Sequence record: PP661417.1
From: Pseudomonas phage Bella
Strand: one strand, 5' to 3'
DNA length: 32,000 nucleotides
Shown: positions 24,661 to 32,000 of the stretch, piece after piece
How positions within the stretch are numbered: position 1 is the stretch's first letter
Layout: every line of letters starts with the position of its first letter
The notes under the pieces: model-generated
What the model was told of the DNA's origin: nothing
Seen by the model: only the letters and a program-made list of their open reading frames with translations
The model's database searches: none
Made by a program: the position numbers and the translations under genes

Positions 24661-26355
24661 TCACAACCAGTCTTTGAGGCGGTCGCCGGTGATCTGGCTC
24701 GCCACGTTGAATTTGTTCCTCAACGCTTCCACCACCTTCTCATCCACGGAGTCCTCAGCCACGAGGTCGATGTACAGCACGTTGTTGGTCTGTCCGATCC
24801 GGTGGGCGCGGTCCTCCGACTGAAGGCGGTCGATCAGCTTGAAGCTGTTGGAATAATAGATGACAGTCTTGGCTGCCGTCAAGGTCAGACCCGTCGCCCC
24901 CGCCGCGGGATTGCCCACGAACACGCGGGCCTGTTCCTCCGGCGGGACGGCCTCCCGCCCGACCACCTGCCCGTTATGGTACAGGGGGCGCTCGCCCTGG
25001 AACCGGGCCTTGGCCTCCGCCCGCTCATCGTCGTTCACCAGCCCGTCATAGCGGACTGCGCTGATGCCGCGCTCGCGGAGGGCGTCCATGATCAACGTGA
25101 TGTCCATCTGGAACCGGGCCCAGACGATCACCTTGTGCTGGGACTCCTCGATCAGATCGCAGAGCAGGTCAAGGCGACGGTTCGGCCCCGGGATTGTGTA
25201 CACGGGTTCCGCTTCATCGTCGGTCGGGAGGTAGCCGCAGGTGATCTGCTGGAGACGGAGGAGCCGGGTGATGGCGAGGGCGGCGATGACCGGGGTGGTG
25301 CCCTCCACGCCCAGGTCGGGGGCGTCCCCGCAGTCGGGGCAGGGGTAGATGAAGCCGTCAGACTCCACCTCACGTTTGCCCAAGCAGGTCGGGCAGGCGT
25401 CCGGCGACGGCTCCGCGGCGACCGCTTCCGCGTCCCGCTCAATCCCGCCCGTCTCCAGCCACACGATATACTCATCACGCAACTGGCGATACAGCTTGCC
25501 CTGCTCCGGGGTCATCGGGAAGAACCGCTTGCTGTACAGCTTCGGCGGGAGGTCCAGCACGTCATCCTTCGTGACCCGGGAGGAGACGGGCTGGAGTAGG
25601 GCGTTCAGATCGTCCAGGCGGCGATAGCCCACCAGCACGTCATACTCGTTGCCGTCATTCTTCTTGGTCTTGGGGTTGAAGGCGGTCGGGTTCCAGCCCT
25701 TCTTCCAGATACCGAAGTGCTGCTTGAACTCCGTGAAGGTGCCCAAGCGGTGCTGCTTCCAGTAGTCCTCGACCAGGAACTTGATCTGGCTGTAGGCGTC
25801 GAAGGGTCCCTGAGCAATCGGGGTCCCGGTCAGGACCCGCCTGAATGGCGCGTACTTCGCGGAGCGGAGGATGGACTTGGTGCGCTCCGCGGTCGGGGTC
25901 TTGATGTAGTGCGCCTCATCCAGGACGTACAGGAGGCGGCGCTTGTCGAAGAAGTCAATCAGCGCCCGCTTCCCGGAGGCGGTCATGAAGGCTTCATAGC
26001 TGACGGTGAGCCAGGCGAAGCCCTTATGCTCGATGACGGCCTTGACCGCCTGCTTGTGCCACTTGGTGCTGGCCTTCGGGCTCTGGTAGTGGAAGGCCCG
26101 GACGTGCTTGATCACCTCATCGGGTACGTGGTCCGGGATTTCCTTCTCAACCCAGTTGCGGTGTACGCCGTTCGGGGCGACCACCAGCACGCCGTCGATG
26201 AGCCCGCGGAGCCAGAGCCAGCAGGCGGTGTCGATGGTCAGCTTGGACTTGCCGGTGCCCTGTTCCCAGAAGATCGCGCGGGCTTCTTCTTCGCGGGAGC
26301 GCAACCACTCCTCGCGCTGGTGGTTGAAGGGTTCGGTCTTGAAGGGGTATTCCAT
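24661..26355 (-). CDS. SNF2/DEAD-like SF2 helicase with inserted zinc-ribbon-like module
   Basis: IFWEQGTGKSKLTIDTACWLW, YVLDEAHYIKTPTAERTKS, VGNPAAGATGLTLTAAKTVIYYSNSFKLIDRLQSEDRAHRIGQ; CPTCLGKREVESDGFIYPCPDCGD insertion. Confidence 0.93.
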   Translation of the reverse strand: MEYPFKTEPFNHQREEWLRSREEEARAIFWEQGTGKSKLTIDTACWLWLRGLIDGVLVVAPNGVHRNWVEKEIPDHVPDEVIKHVRAFHYQSPKASTKWHKQAVKAVIEHKGFAWLTVSYEAFMTASGKRALIDFFDKRRLLYVLDEAHYIKTPTAERTKSILRSAKYAPFRRVLTGTPIAQGPFDAYSQIKFLVEDYWKQHRLGTFTEFKQHFGIWKKGWNPTAFNPKTKKNDGNEYDVLVGYRRLDDLNALLQPVSSRVTKDDVLDLPPKLYSKRFFPMTPEQGKLYRQLRDEYIVWLETGGIERDAEAVAAEPSPDACPTCLGKREVESDGFIYPCPDCGDAPDLGVEGTTPVIAALAITRLLRLQQITCGYLPTDDEAEPVYTIPGPNRRLDLLCDLIEESQHKVIVWARFQMDITLIMDALRERGISAVRYDGLVNDDERAEAKARFQGERPLYHNGQVVGREAVPPEEQARVFVGNPAAGATGLTLTAAKTVIYYSNSFKLIDRLQSEDRAHRIGQTNNVLYIDLVAEDSVDEKVVEALRNKFNVASQITGDRLKDWL

Positions 26356-26782
26356 AGGGCGGCTCCATTTCTCATAGTGATGCCCGGAAGTATAGCCCAG
26401 CAGGGCGGAGAAGGCGAGCGGAGAATCACGTGCGCTTGGGACGGGGGCCCAACGCTCGACTTCGCGTGCTGAAGAAGTATGAAGTGGAGTAGTCAGGGAA
26501 GCCCAGCGGGGCTGGGGGTTTATGTGTTCTTCTTCTTCTTCTTCTTAACTTACTTAACTTACTTACCTTAAACCCCCGGACGGCCTCCGAACCGCAGGAA
26601 CGGTCGCCGGTCGCCTCCCTGGGCAGGGGGTCCGGGCGATTTATCGGGCGAAGTAGAATTGAACTGGAGAAAGTGAAGTAACCTAAGCGCAGGAGGGTCG
26701 GAGCTGTTACGGCGCTGGGCTTTCGATGGCGCTTGGGGTCTATACTTCTTCAAGTGTGAAGGTAAGTATCCCAAGCGCATTC
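26356..26782. promoter_or_regulatory. Longest noncoding gap in the window, repeat-rich (iteron-like GCGCTTGGG, TTC run, AACTTACTT tandem)
   Basis: No credible ORF; repeats described in findings. Confidence 0.5.
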
Positions 26783-27127
26783 TCATTTGTGGAACCACTC
26801 CTTGAGCCCGAGGAGGAGCAAGCTGACCAGCCCCGAGAAGAAGATGCCCAGGAGGGCGACGGTGCCCTTGCGCTTCAGGTCCTCCCCGGACTCGCGCCAC
26901 TGACGGAGGTGTTGGAAGTCTCGCTGCATGGAGAGCGGGTCCGAGGTGTCCACCCCGAGCTGGATCAGTGTTTGCTTCACGGCCTCCGCCACTACGCTGT
27001 TCAGCTCCGCGTGTGACATGGCTACGGTTTCCGCGGCTCGCTTCGCCGCGTCCTCCACGGATAGTTTCGCCGCCCGGGTCGCAGCCGCAACGGCGATGTC
27101 TTCGACTTGCTCCGGGGTCATGGGCAT
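26783..27127 (-). CDS. Small protein with C-terminal transmembrane helix (114 aa), possible holin/tail-associated membrane protein
   Basis: MPMTPEQVEDIAVAAATRAAKLSVEDAAKRAAETVAMSHAEL...LKRKGTVALLGIFFSGLVSLLLLGLKEWFHK; GAGGA SD before ATG 27127. Confidence 0.65.
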   Translation of the reverse strand: MPMTPEQVEDIAVAAATRAAKLSVEDAAKRAAETVAMSHAELNSVVAEAVKQTLIQLGVDTSDPLSMQRDFQHLRQWRESGEDLKRKGTVALLGIFFSGLVSLLLLGLKEWFHK

Positions 27128-27194
27128 ATCGGGGTCCTCGCGCCAAGATGATCTTGGGCCGTATTTTACGGAACCCAAGACAACTTGGCAAATT

Positions 27195-27680
27195 TTAGAC
27201 GGTCGCCCCGGTCGCGTCCACCCAGGCGGAGCCCGTGGACCATATCGGCTTGCCCAGGGTAGTGTCGAAGTATTGGCCCCCGATCAGGGCGGCGCTCGCT
27301 GCCGGGCGGTTCGCGGTCGTGCCGTAGCCGCGGAGGAACTTCCACGCGCTTCCGTCATACCAGTAGGTGCTGTTGGTATTCTCCACGGAAATGGTCCACC
27401 CCTTCTTCGGCGCGAAGAACTCCCAGGCCGTCGCCACGCTCGAATAACGCGCGACCCGTTGGCCCTGCCCCGACCAGTTCGCGCCGGTCGGGCTCGCCGG
27501 GAGCACGTACACGTCCCCGTCCGCGGGCGAAGCCGGTTGGGCGGTCGTGGTCGCGGACTTCGCGTGACCCATGAGAAGGCCGTCCACCGCACGGAGGAAA
27601 GACATGAATTGGTTGTAGTGCTGGTCCCCCAGCGCGCCGTTCACCATGATGCCCAAGTTCGGGCCGTTACTGATAGCCAT
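27195..27680 (-). CDS. DUF2793-like tail-associated protein
   Basis: GDVYVLPASPTGANWSGQGQRVARYSSVATAWEFFAPKKGWTISVENTNSTYWYDGSAW typical of DUF2793; ATG at 27680 overlaps the upstream stop. Confidence 0.75.
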   Translation of the reverse strand: MAISNGPNLGIMVNGALGDQHYNQFMSFLRAVDGLLMGHAKSATTTAQPASPADGDVYVLPASPTGANWSGQGQRVARYSSVATAWEFFAPKKGWTISVENTNSTYWYDGSAWKFLRGYGTTANRPAASAALIGGQYFDTTLGKPIWSTGSAWVDATGATV

Positions 27681-29851
27681 CACAAACCTCCAAGATAGTT
27701 TCCAAGATTGTTTCCGAGTCCGGCCCGATCCACATACCAATCGTGGGATTGGTAGCTGTCCAGACCGTCGCGGACCGCCGTGACCTTGATCCGGTTCCGG
27801 CCCGCGGTGTTCTCCGTCGCCTCGTTGGTCCAGGTCCAGCTAGTGCCGGTCAGGCCCGGCTCCGACTTCAAGAGCGTGATGCCGTTGGCCGCGTAGATGT
27901 CCACGCGGTAGGTCACCCCCGGCTCCGGGCCGATGTTCGCCGCGGAGTGGTCGATGATCGGACGGACCACCTGCTGGGTCCGGTCGCGGTGCGCCCAAGA
28001 CAGGCTCAGACCTCCGAGGATAGCCGAAGGATACTGGAGACTGTTCACCCGGAAGTTCCCGGGAGCGTAGGGGCGTGCGAAACGGCCCACCAGTGCCTTC
28101 GAGTCCTCCGGCGCAACGGACAGGTCCAGAATGCCGACCCCGGACCGGCCCAGGCCCTTCGCGGCGATGGTCTCGCCGCTGTTGTACTCAAGACGGTCGC
28201 GCACGCGGGCGTCCTCCGCGAACCAAAACCGCGCCCCGGCTGCGTGTTCCGCGCAGACGGTATCCAAGCACCCCCGACCCACTGTCACGATCCCGTTCAC
28301 CAGGTCGATATTGTCCACGCGCACGATTTCGTCGTCAATCAGCGCATAGGTCCCCGTCCGCGCAAATTCGGTGCGGGAGGACAGGTTGGACAGCTGGATG
28401 GAGGTCTGTATGGGCGTGATCGCGTTCGTCAGCGTAGCGTGCGCCGCGGGGTCGCCGGTGGCCGCGTATGCGTAGGACCCGCCCGTGGGCTTCGTCCACA
28501 GTTCATAGTTCTGGAGGTACTGGTCAGGCTCGCCCATCAGGCCGATCAGGAAGGCGGAGGTGTTGTCCAGCGCCTGGAAGTCGCCCGTGGGCAGACCGTT
28601 CGCCAAGTCCCAATAGTTCGCCTCCTCCAGACGGCGGAGGACGAACGGGTTGGGCGCTTGAACCGGGTCCACCCAGCCTGAGCCCTGGTCGCCCATGTAG
28701 GTGGAGGACGGAAGGCCGAACATGTCCTCAACCGCATCCACCACGATTTCGCCGCTGGTCAGCTCGCCGTAGTTCACCCCGAGGACGCGGAACACGATGT
28801 CCACGAGGCTGTGCTCATCCCAGGAGAAGCGGAACACGTCCCCCAGGGTCAGGTTCCATGCGTTCCGGTTCACCCGGATGCGGATGCGTGCGAAGGGGGT
28901 GGACTTCTGGCGGAGGTCGCGCATGGCCAGCTTCGCGGCGTTCGCCGCCGTGTCAATCCCGGGATAGTTCACCGTCTGGCTCACCACGCCCTGCTGGGCC
29001 TGGATCGCGGCGAGGTCCTGGACGGTCACGGAGTCATCCTCAGTGGAGCCCTGCGGACGGTAGGTGACCACGATTTCGTTGACAATTTCAGCGTAGCCCG
29101 GGCGCTCGAAGGACTCCAGCCGGATCGTGTTGGACTCGTTGAACAGCGGGAGGTCCGCCACCACGTAGTCCTCGCGGATCAGCCTCACCACGAATTGACC
29201 GTTGTCGGGTCGCGTGTACAACATCCCGTTACAGTGGCCCAGCACCGTGTATATGAAGGACTCGATGGAGTCCTGCTTGGTCATGATCATCGACACGCCC
29301 AAGCCTTCCGCGTGGAGAGTGTCCGCCGCGGCGCGAAAGGCGGCGTCATCCAGGGCGTTGATCGGGTATCCCATCCCCCAGTCCGGGTTCGTCAGCGTCT
29401 CATAGATGACGTGGGCGGGGTTCGCGGAGCCGTTGATGTCTGCCTTCTCCGGGTACCAAGCCTTGCCCGGGAGGCGCTTCACCTTCAGCGCCCAGGCCTT
29501 CGGGTAGGGCGACATGGCGCACATATACACCTTCCGCAGGACCAGCGAAAGGACGCCCCGGAAGGCCGGGATCACGGTGCCGAGTTTTGATTGGAGGTAA
29601 CTGTTGCGGCCCTGATTCGATTCCCCCATCATGATGTCCACGCGACCCTGGACACCCCCCTCCTTCTTCTCGCCGCCAAACAGCTCCGGCTTGTTGACAT
29701 AGATTTGCTGCGAGGTCGTCACGTCCCCGCTCCAGGCGGTTCGGTCGCCCACGATAATTTCCTGGACGGAATCGACCGGCCCGTGACAGATCACGAGGTG
29801 GGCGCCAAGATAGTACTTGTACCCAATTGTTACACTAGATTTGCTGCCCAC
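27680..29851 (-). CDS. Tail tip/hub protein (gene J-like, host-specificity region)
   Basis: 723 aa; YLGAHLVICHGPVDSVQEIIVGDRTAWSG and FRGVLSLVLRKVYMCAMSPYPKAWALKVKR resemble phage central tail hub proteins; located beside DUF2163/BR0599-like gene. Confidence 0.8.
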   Translation of the reverse strand: MGSKSSVTIGYKYYLGAHLVICHGPVDSVQEIIVGDRTAWSGDVTTSQQIYVNKPELFGGEKKEGGVQGRVDIMMGESNQGRNSYLQSKLGTVIPAFRGVLSLVLRKVYMCAMSPYPKAWALKVKRLPGKAWYPEKADINGSANPAHVIYETLTNPDWGMGYPINALDDAAFRAAADTLHAEGLGVSMIMTKQDSIESFIYTVLGHCNGMLYTRPDNGQFVVRLIREDYVVADLPLFNESNTIRLESFERPGYAEIVNEIVVTYRPQGSTEDDSVTVQDLAAIQAQQGVVSQTVNYPGIDTAANAAKLAMRDLRQKSTPFARIRIRVNRNAWNLTLGDVFRFSWDEHSLVDIVFRVLGVNYGELTSGEIVVDAVEDMFGLPSSTYMGDQGSGWVDPVQAPNPFVLRRLEEANYWDLANGLPTGDFQALDNTSAFLIGLMGEPDQYLQNYELWTKPTGGSYAYAATGDPAAHATLTNAITPIQTSIQLSNLSSRTEFARTGTYALIDDEIVRVDNIDLVNGIVTVGRGCLDTVCAEHAAGARFWFAEDARVRDRLEYNSGETIAAKGLGRSGVGILDLSVAPEDSKALVGRFARPYAPGNFRVNSLQYPSAILGGLSLSWAHRDRTQQVVRPIIDHSAANIGPEPGVTYRVDIYAANGITLLKSEPGLTGTSWTWTNEATENTAGRNRIKVTAVRDGLDSYQSHDWYVDRAGLGNNLGNYLGGL

Positions 29852-30038
29852 GGGCCTTCTCCACTACTTGTAGCGCCATGTGGTCGCCGGTCGCCTCCAG
29901 CTCCTCCGCCGGGATGCCCTCGTGGACGAAGCGGCCCCAATCCAGCCCGTGTCGGGCGGCGAAGGCGCGCATGCCGCGGGAGCAGTAGCCCAAGGCGCGG
30001 GCGTGTTCGACCCGGACCATCACTGGCTCGTTGTTCAT
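29835..30038 (-). CDS. Small tail-module protein (67 aa)
   Basis: MNNEPVMVRVEHARALGYCSRGMRAFAARHGLDWGRFVHEGIPAEELEATGD; ATG 30038 overlaps upstream stop; position conserved in this tail gene arrangement. Confidence 0.7.
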   Translation of the reverse strand: MNNEPVMVRVEHARALGYCSRGMRAFAARHGLDWGRFVHEGIPAEELEATGDHMALQVVEKARGQQI

Positions 30039-30271
30039 CACTTGCCGCCGTCCGTTTTGACGGGACTGCTGGCCAAGTCCCCGTACCATACCACGTTCGG
30101 GCTCTTCACGGTAACGGTCCCGAACACAACCGGGATCGGTCGCCCGGGCTCCGCGGTTGGGAATTGGAAGTCCTCCAACGAAGCGGGTTTGGGGGTGGCC
30201 TGCTTCGGGGCGAGGGCCACCGCCGCGTATGCCGCGACGATGAAGATGATCAGATATACAGCCCACTCCAT
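30038..30271 (-). CDS. Tail assembly protein with N-terminal TM segment (77 aa)
   Basis: MEWAVYLIIFIVAAYAAVALAPKQ...EPGRPIPVVFGTVTVKSPNVVWYGDL. Confidence 0.7.
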   Translation of the reverse strand: MEWAVYLIIFIVAAYAAVALAPKQATPKPASLEDFQFPTAEPGRPIPVVFGTVTVKSPNVVWYGDLASSPVKTDGGK

Positions 30272-30284
30272 GATGGGGTCCTCC

Positions 30285-31094
30285 TCAAAAGATCGGGGTG
30301 CCGTTCATCGGGTTCTTCTTCGGGTAGAACGGCTGACCCCCGTAGTTGTCCACGTTGTTGAACTTGTTGTGGCACGTATTCAGGGTGTGATCACACCCGG
30401 GATAGGCCCGGACCGTCGCGTTGGCGGGTATTCCAGCCAACGGAAGATTGAGGGTGATCGCCTGCCCCACGTGCGCGACGATGAACCGCCGTTCCAAGAC
30501 CCCGGCCACCTCCCAATCCACGTAGCCCCCGGCGAAGTAGCCGTCAGCGAAGCCGGAGAAGGCCGGTGACAGGAGGTCCCGCCCCGAGACGCCCGTGAGG
30601 GTCGCGTCCACCCGGAAGTTCGCGGAGGACAGGCCGCACGCGGCCCCATACAGGACGTGGGGACAAGTTGTCTGGTACATCCGGCGCAGGGTCGGGCGGC
30701 GCAGGGATGTGTACACAGGCTCAAGGCGCACCTCCGCCTCGCGCTCCGTGAATTTGACGTTCACCACTCGCCCGACCCACGGGACGGCGAGCTGTCCGTC
30801 ACCTTCGTGATACCGCTGAATGGTGAGCTGGACGATGTCGGTGGGCGGCGAACCGCGGAATTGGTCAAGGAAGCTGATGCCCTTGTCCATCGTCAGCGTC
30901 AGGTTGCTCCGGGACATTTCCTGGTTCTGCTCGAAGGCCCCGCGCTTGATCTGGACAGAGTTGTAAGTCACTCCATCCACCACCTTATCTTCATCCGCGG
31001 AGGTGTAGCGCCAGTATTGCGCGCCCCGGGCGAACAGGTACAGCTCGACCGGGTAGGCTTCAAACAGGCTTCGCTCGCGTGCGTCATACGTCAT
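30285..31094 (-). CDS. DUF2163 / BR0599-like phage tail protein
   Basis: FEAYPVELYLFARGAQYWRYTSADEDKVVDGVTYNSVQIKRG...CPHVLYGAACGLSSANFRV...YPGCDHTLNTCHNKFNNVDNYGGQPFYPKKNP is the hallmark of this family. Confidence 0.88.
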   Translation of the reverse strand: MTYDARERSLFEAYPVELYLFARGAQYWRYTSADEDKVVDGVTYNSVQIKRGAFEQNQEMSRSNLTLTMDKGISFLDQFRGSPPTDIVQLTIQRYHEGDGQLAVPWVGRVVNVKFTEREAEVRLEPVYTSLRRPTLRRMYQTTCPHVLYGAACGLSSANFRVDATLTGVSGRDLLSPAFSGFADGYFAGGYVDWEVAGVLERRFIVAHVGQAITLNLPLAGIPANATVRAYPGCDHTLNTCHNKFNNVDNYGGQPFYPKKNPMNGTPIF

Positions 31095-32000
31095 GGTTGA
31101 ATCTCCATCATGCGGACCGTACATTCAAGGACCCGGTTGGAGTTCCACTGAAGTTCTACCCGATCCGCGTCCAGGCGCTTCAGGCCCAGGAAGCTGATTT
31201 GGCGGATGCGGTCGGCGTTGATGTTGATCGGGGCGTCCAGACCGATCACCGCCGTGTCCGTCCCCGAGGCCGTCGCCGCATTGATCGTCCGCAGCAACCA
31301 CGTTCCGTCATCCAGGAGGATGCCGATGTGCGTGCGCTCCGGCGCAAATTCGCGGTAGTCGTCAGCATACACCTCGATGCTCTGGGTCAGCTCGCCGGTC
31401 TGGGCGACCCGCATGTTGTTCTCGAAGGTCGGAACCCAGAACGGGCGCAGGCGTCCCGCACGCCGGTGAAGGAACTTGCGGAAGTTCCAGATGTCCTGGA
31501 GTCCCTGCAGCAAGAACTTGTAGGGGCGTCCAATTCGCGTGTAGGTCCAGGGCGAATAGAAGCTGGCCCCCGCCGCGGTCCCGTAGTCCACGACATCAAC
31601 CCGGGCTTGAAGGCTGTCCGTCAGCGCCTCGCCATTCTTCAGCGCCTCGTCAAAATACACGTCATACCCGAGGAACTGCGTGGGGGCCGCGGGCGGGTCC
31701 AGGTCGATGTTGTCGCTGAACTCATAGGTCATTTCCAGTGAACCGTTGTAGCCCGAGGTTGCCCGCGAGACGTTGCCGACAATCCGCCCAAGACGCACGG
31801 GCACGATCCACGGGTTGGTGAAGGTTTCGGCCAGCGGTCGGTTCAGCGTCAAAGTCCCGGCGGAAACGATCCCCACGTCAGCGGTCGCGCTCTTGCGGTT
31901 GGACTCCCAGATCATGATCAGCGCGCCGTCCCGGTAGTCGGAGGCGGTCGTGTCGATGTTGATCACGGTCGTGCCCGCCAGCAGGGTTCCGACCTGTTGG
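31091..32000 (-). CDS. Tail protein, partial at right edge
   Basis: Track start (31966) is a GTG; the frame stays open to position 32000 (QQVGTLLAGTTVINIDTT...), so the N-terminus is probably outside the window. Confidence 0.75.
   Translation of the reverse strand, partial: QQVGTLLAGTTVINIDTTASDYRDGALIMIWESNRKSATADVGIVSAGTLTLNRPLAETFTNPWIVPVRLGRIVGNVSRATSGYNGSLEMTYEFSDNIDLDPPAAPTQFLGYDVYFDEALKNGEALTDSLQARVDVVDYGTAAGASFYSPWTYTRIGRPYKFLLQGLQDIWNFRKFLHRRAGRLRPFWVPTFENNMRVAQTGELTQSIEVYADDYREFAPERTHIGILLDDGTWLLRTINAATASGTDTAVIGLDAPININADRIRQISFLGLKRLDADRVELQWNSNRVLECTVRMMEIQP

Noticed and set aside
26528-26564. Possible CRISPR-like or microsatellite array (TTC run plus AACTTACTT repeats)
   Set aside because: Too short, no spacers; treated only as part of the control region. 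No CRISPR array seen anywhere in the window.
26568-27191. 207-aa minus ORF in a different frame over the membrane protein gene
   Set aside because: Arg/Pro/Ser-rich and out of frame with the 114-aa ORF that has a TM helix and good start signal.

Overview
The window is a GC-rich section of a tailed phage genome, probably a siphovirus. All credible genes lie on the minus strand, packed with many ATGA/GTGA stop-start overlaps. From right to left: tail-tip genes (DUF2163-like/BR0599-like, tail hub, DUF2793); a small membrane protein; an unusual noncoding region; an SNF2-type helicase; two small/recombination-associated proteins; a Dda/RecD-like helicase; a class II (B12-dependent) ribonucleotide reductase; a cluster strongly resembling a thymidine-hypermodification system; nucleotide metabolism genes (TS-like enzyme, HD nucleotidase, dCMP deaminase, MazG-like, DUF3310); a family A DNA polymerase; a PD-(D/E)XK nuclease; a primase-helicase; and a GHKL-ATPase-like protein with a putative metallopeptidase motif. 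The main result is the 13.6-18.4 kb cluster: an amino acid:DNA transferase-like (glycosylase-fold helical) protein, a fold-type II PLP enzyme, a radical SAM enzyme, a P-loop kinase and a 5-hmdU-kinase helical-domain-like protein. Together with the TS-like enzyme they could make a complete pathway from dUMP through 5-hydroxymethyl-dU and phospho-5-hmdU to an amino-acid-derived hypermodified thymine such as 5-(2-aminoethyl)dU, as characterised in Pseudomonas phage M6-like viruses. A family of four near-identical minus-strand promoters (TTTACT-N17-TATACT with conserved TTCTTC blocks) was also found at about 4.2, 16.7, 19.4 and 24.3 kb. All family calls come from reading motifs by eye. No database search was run.
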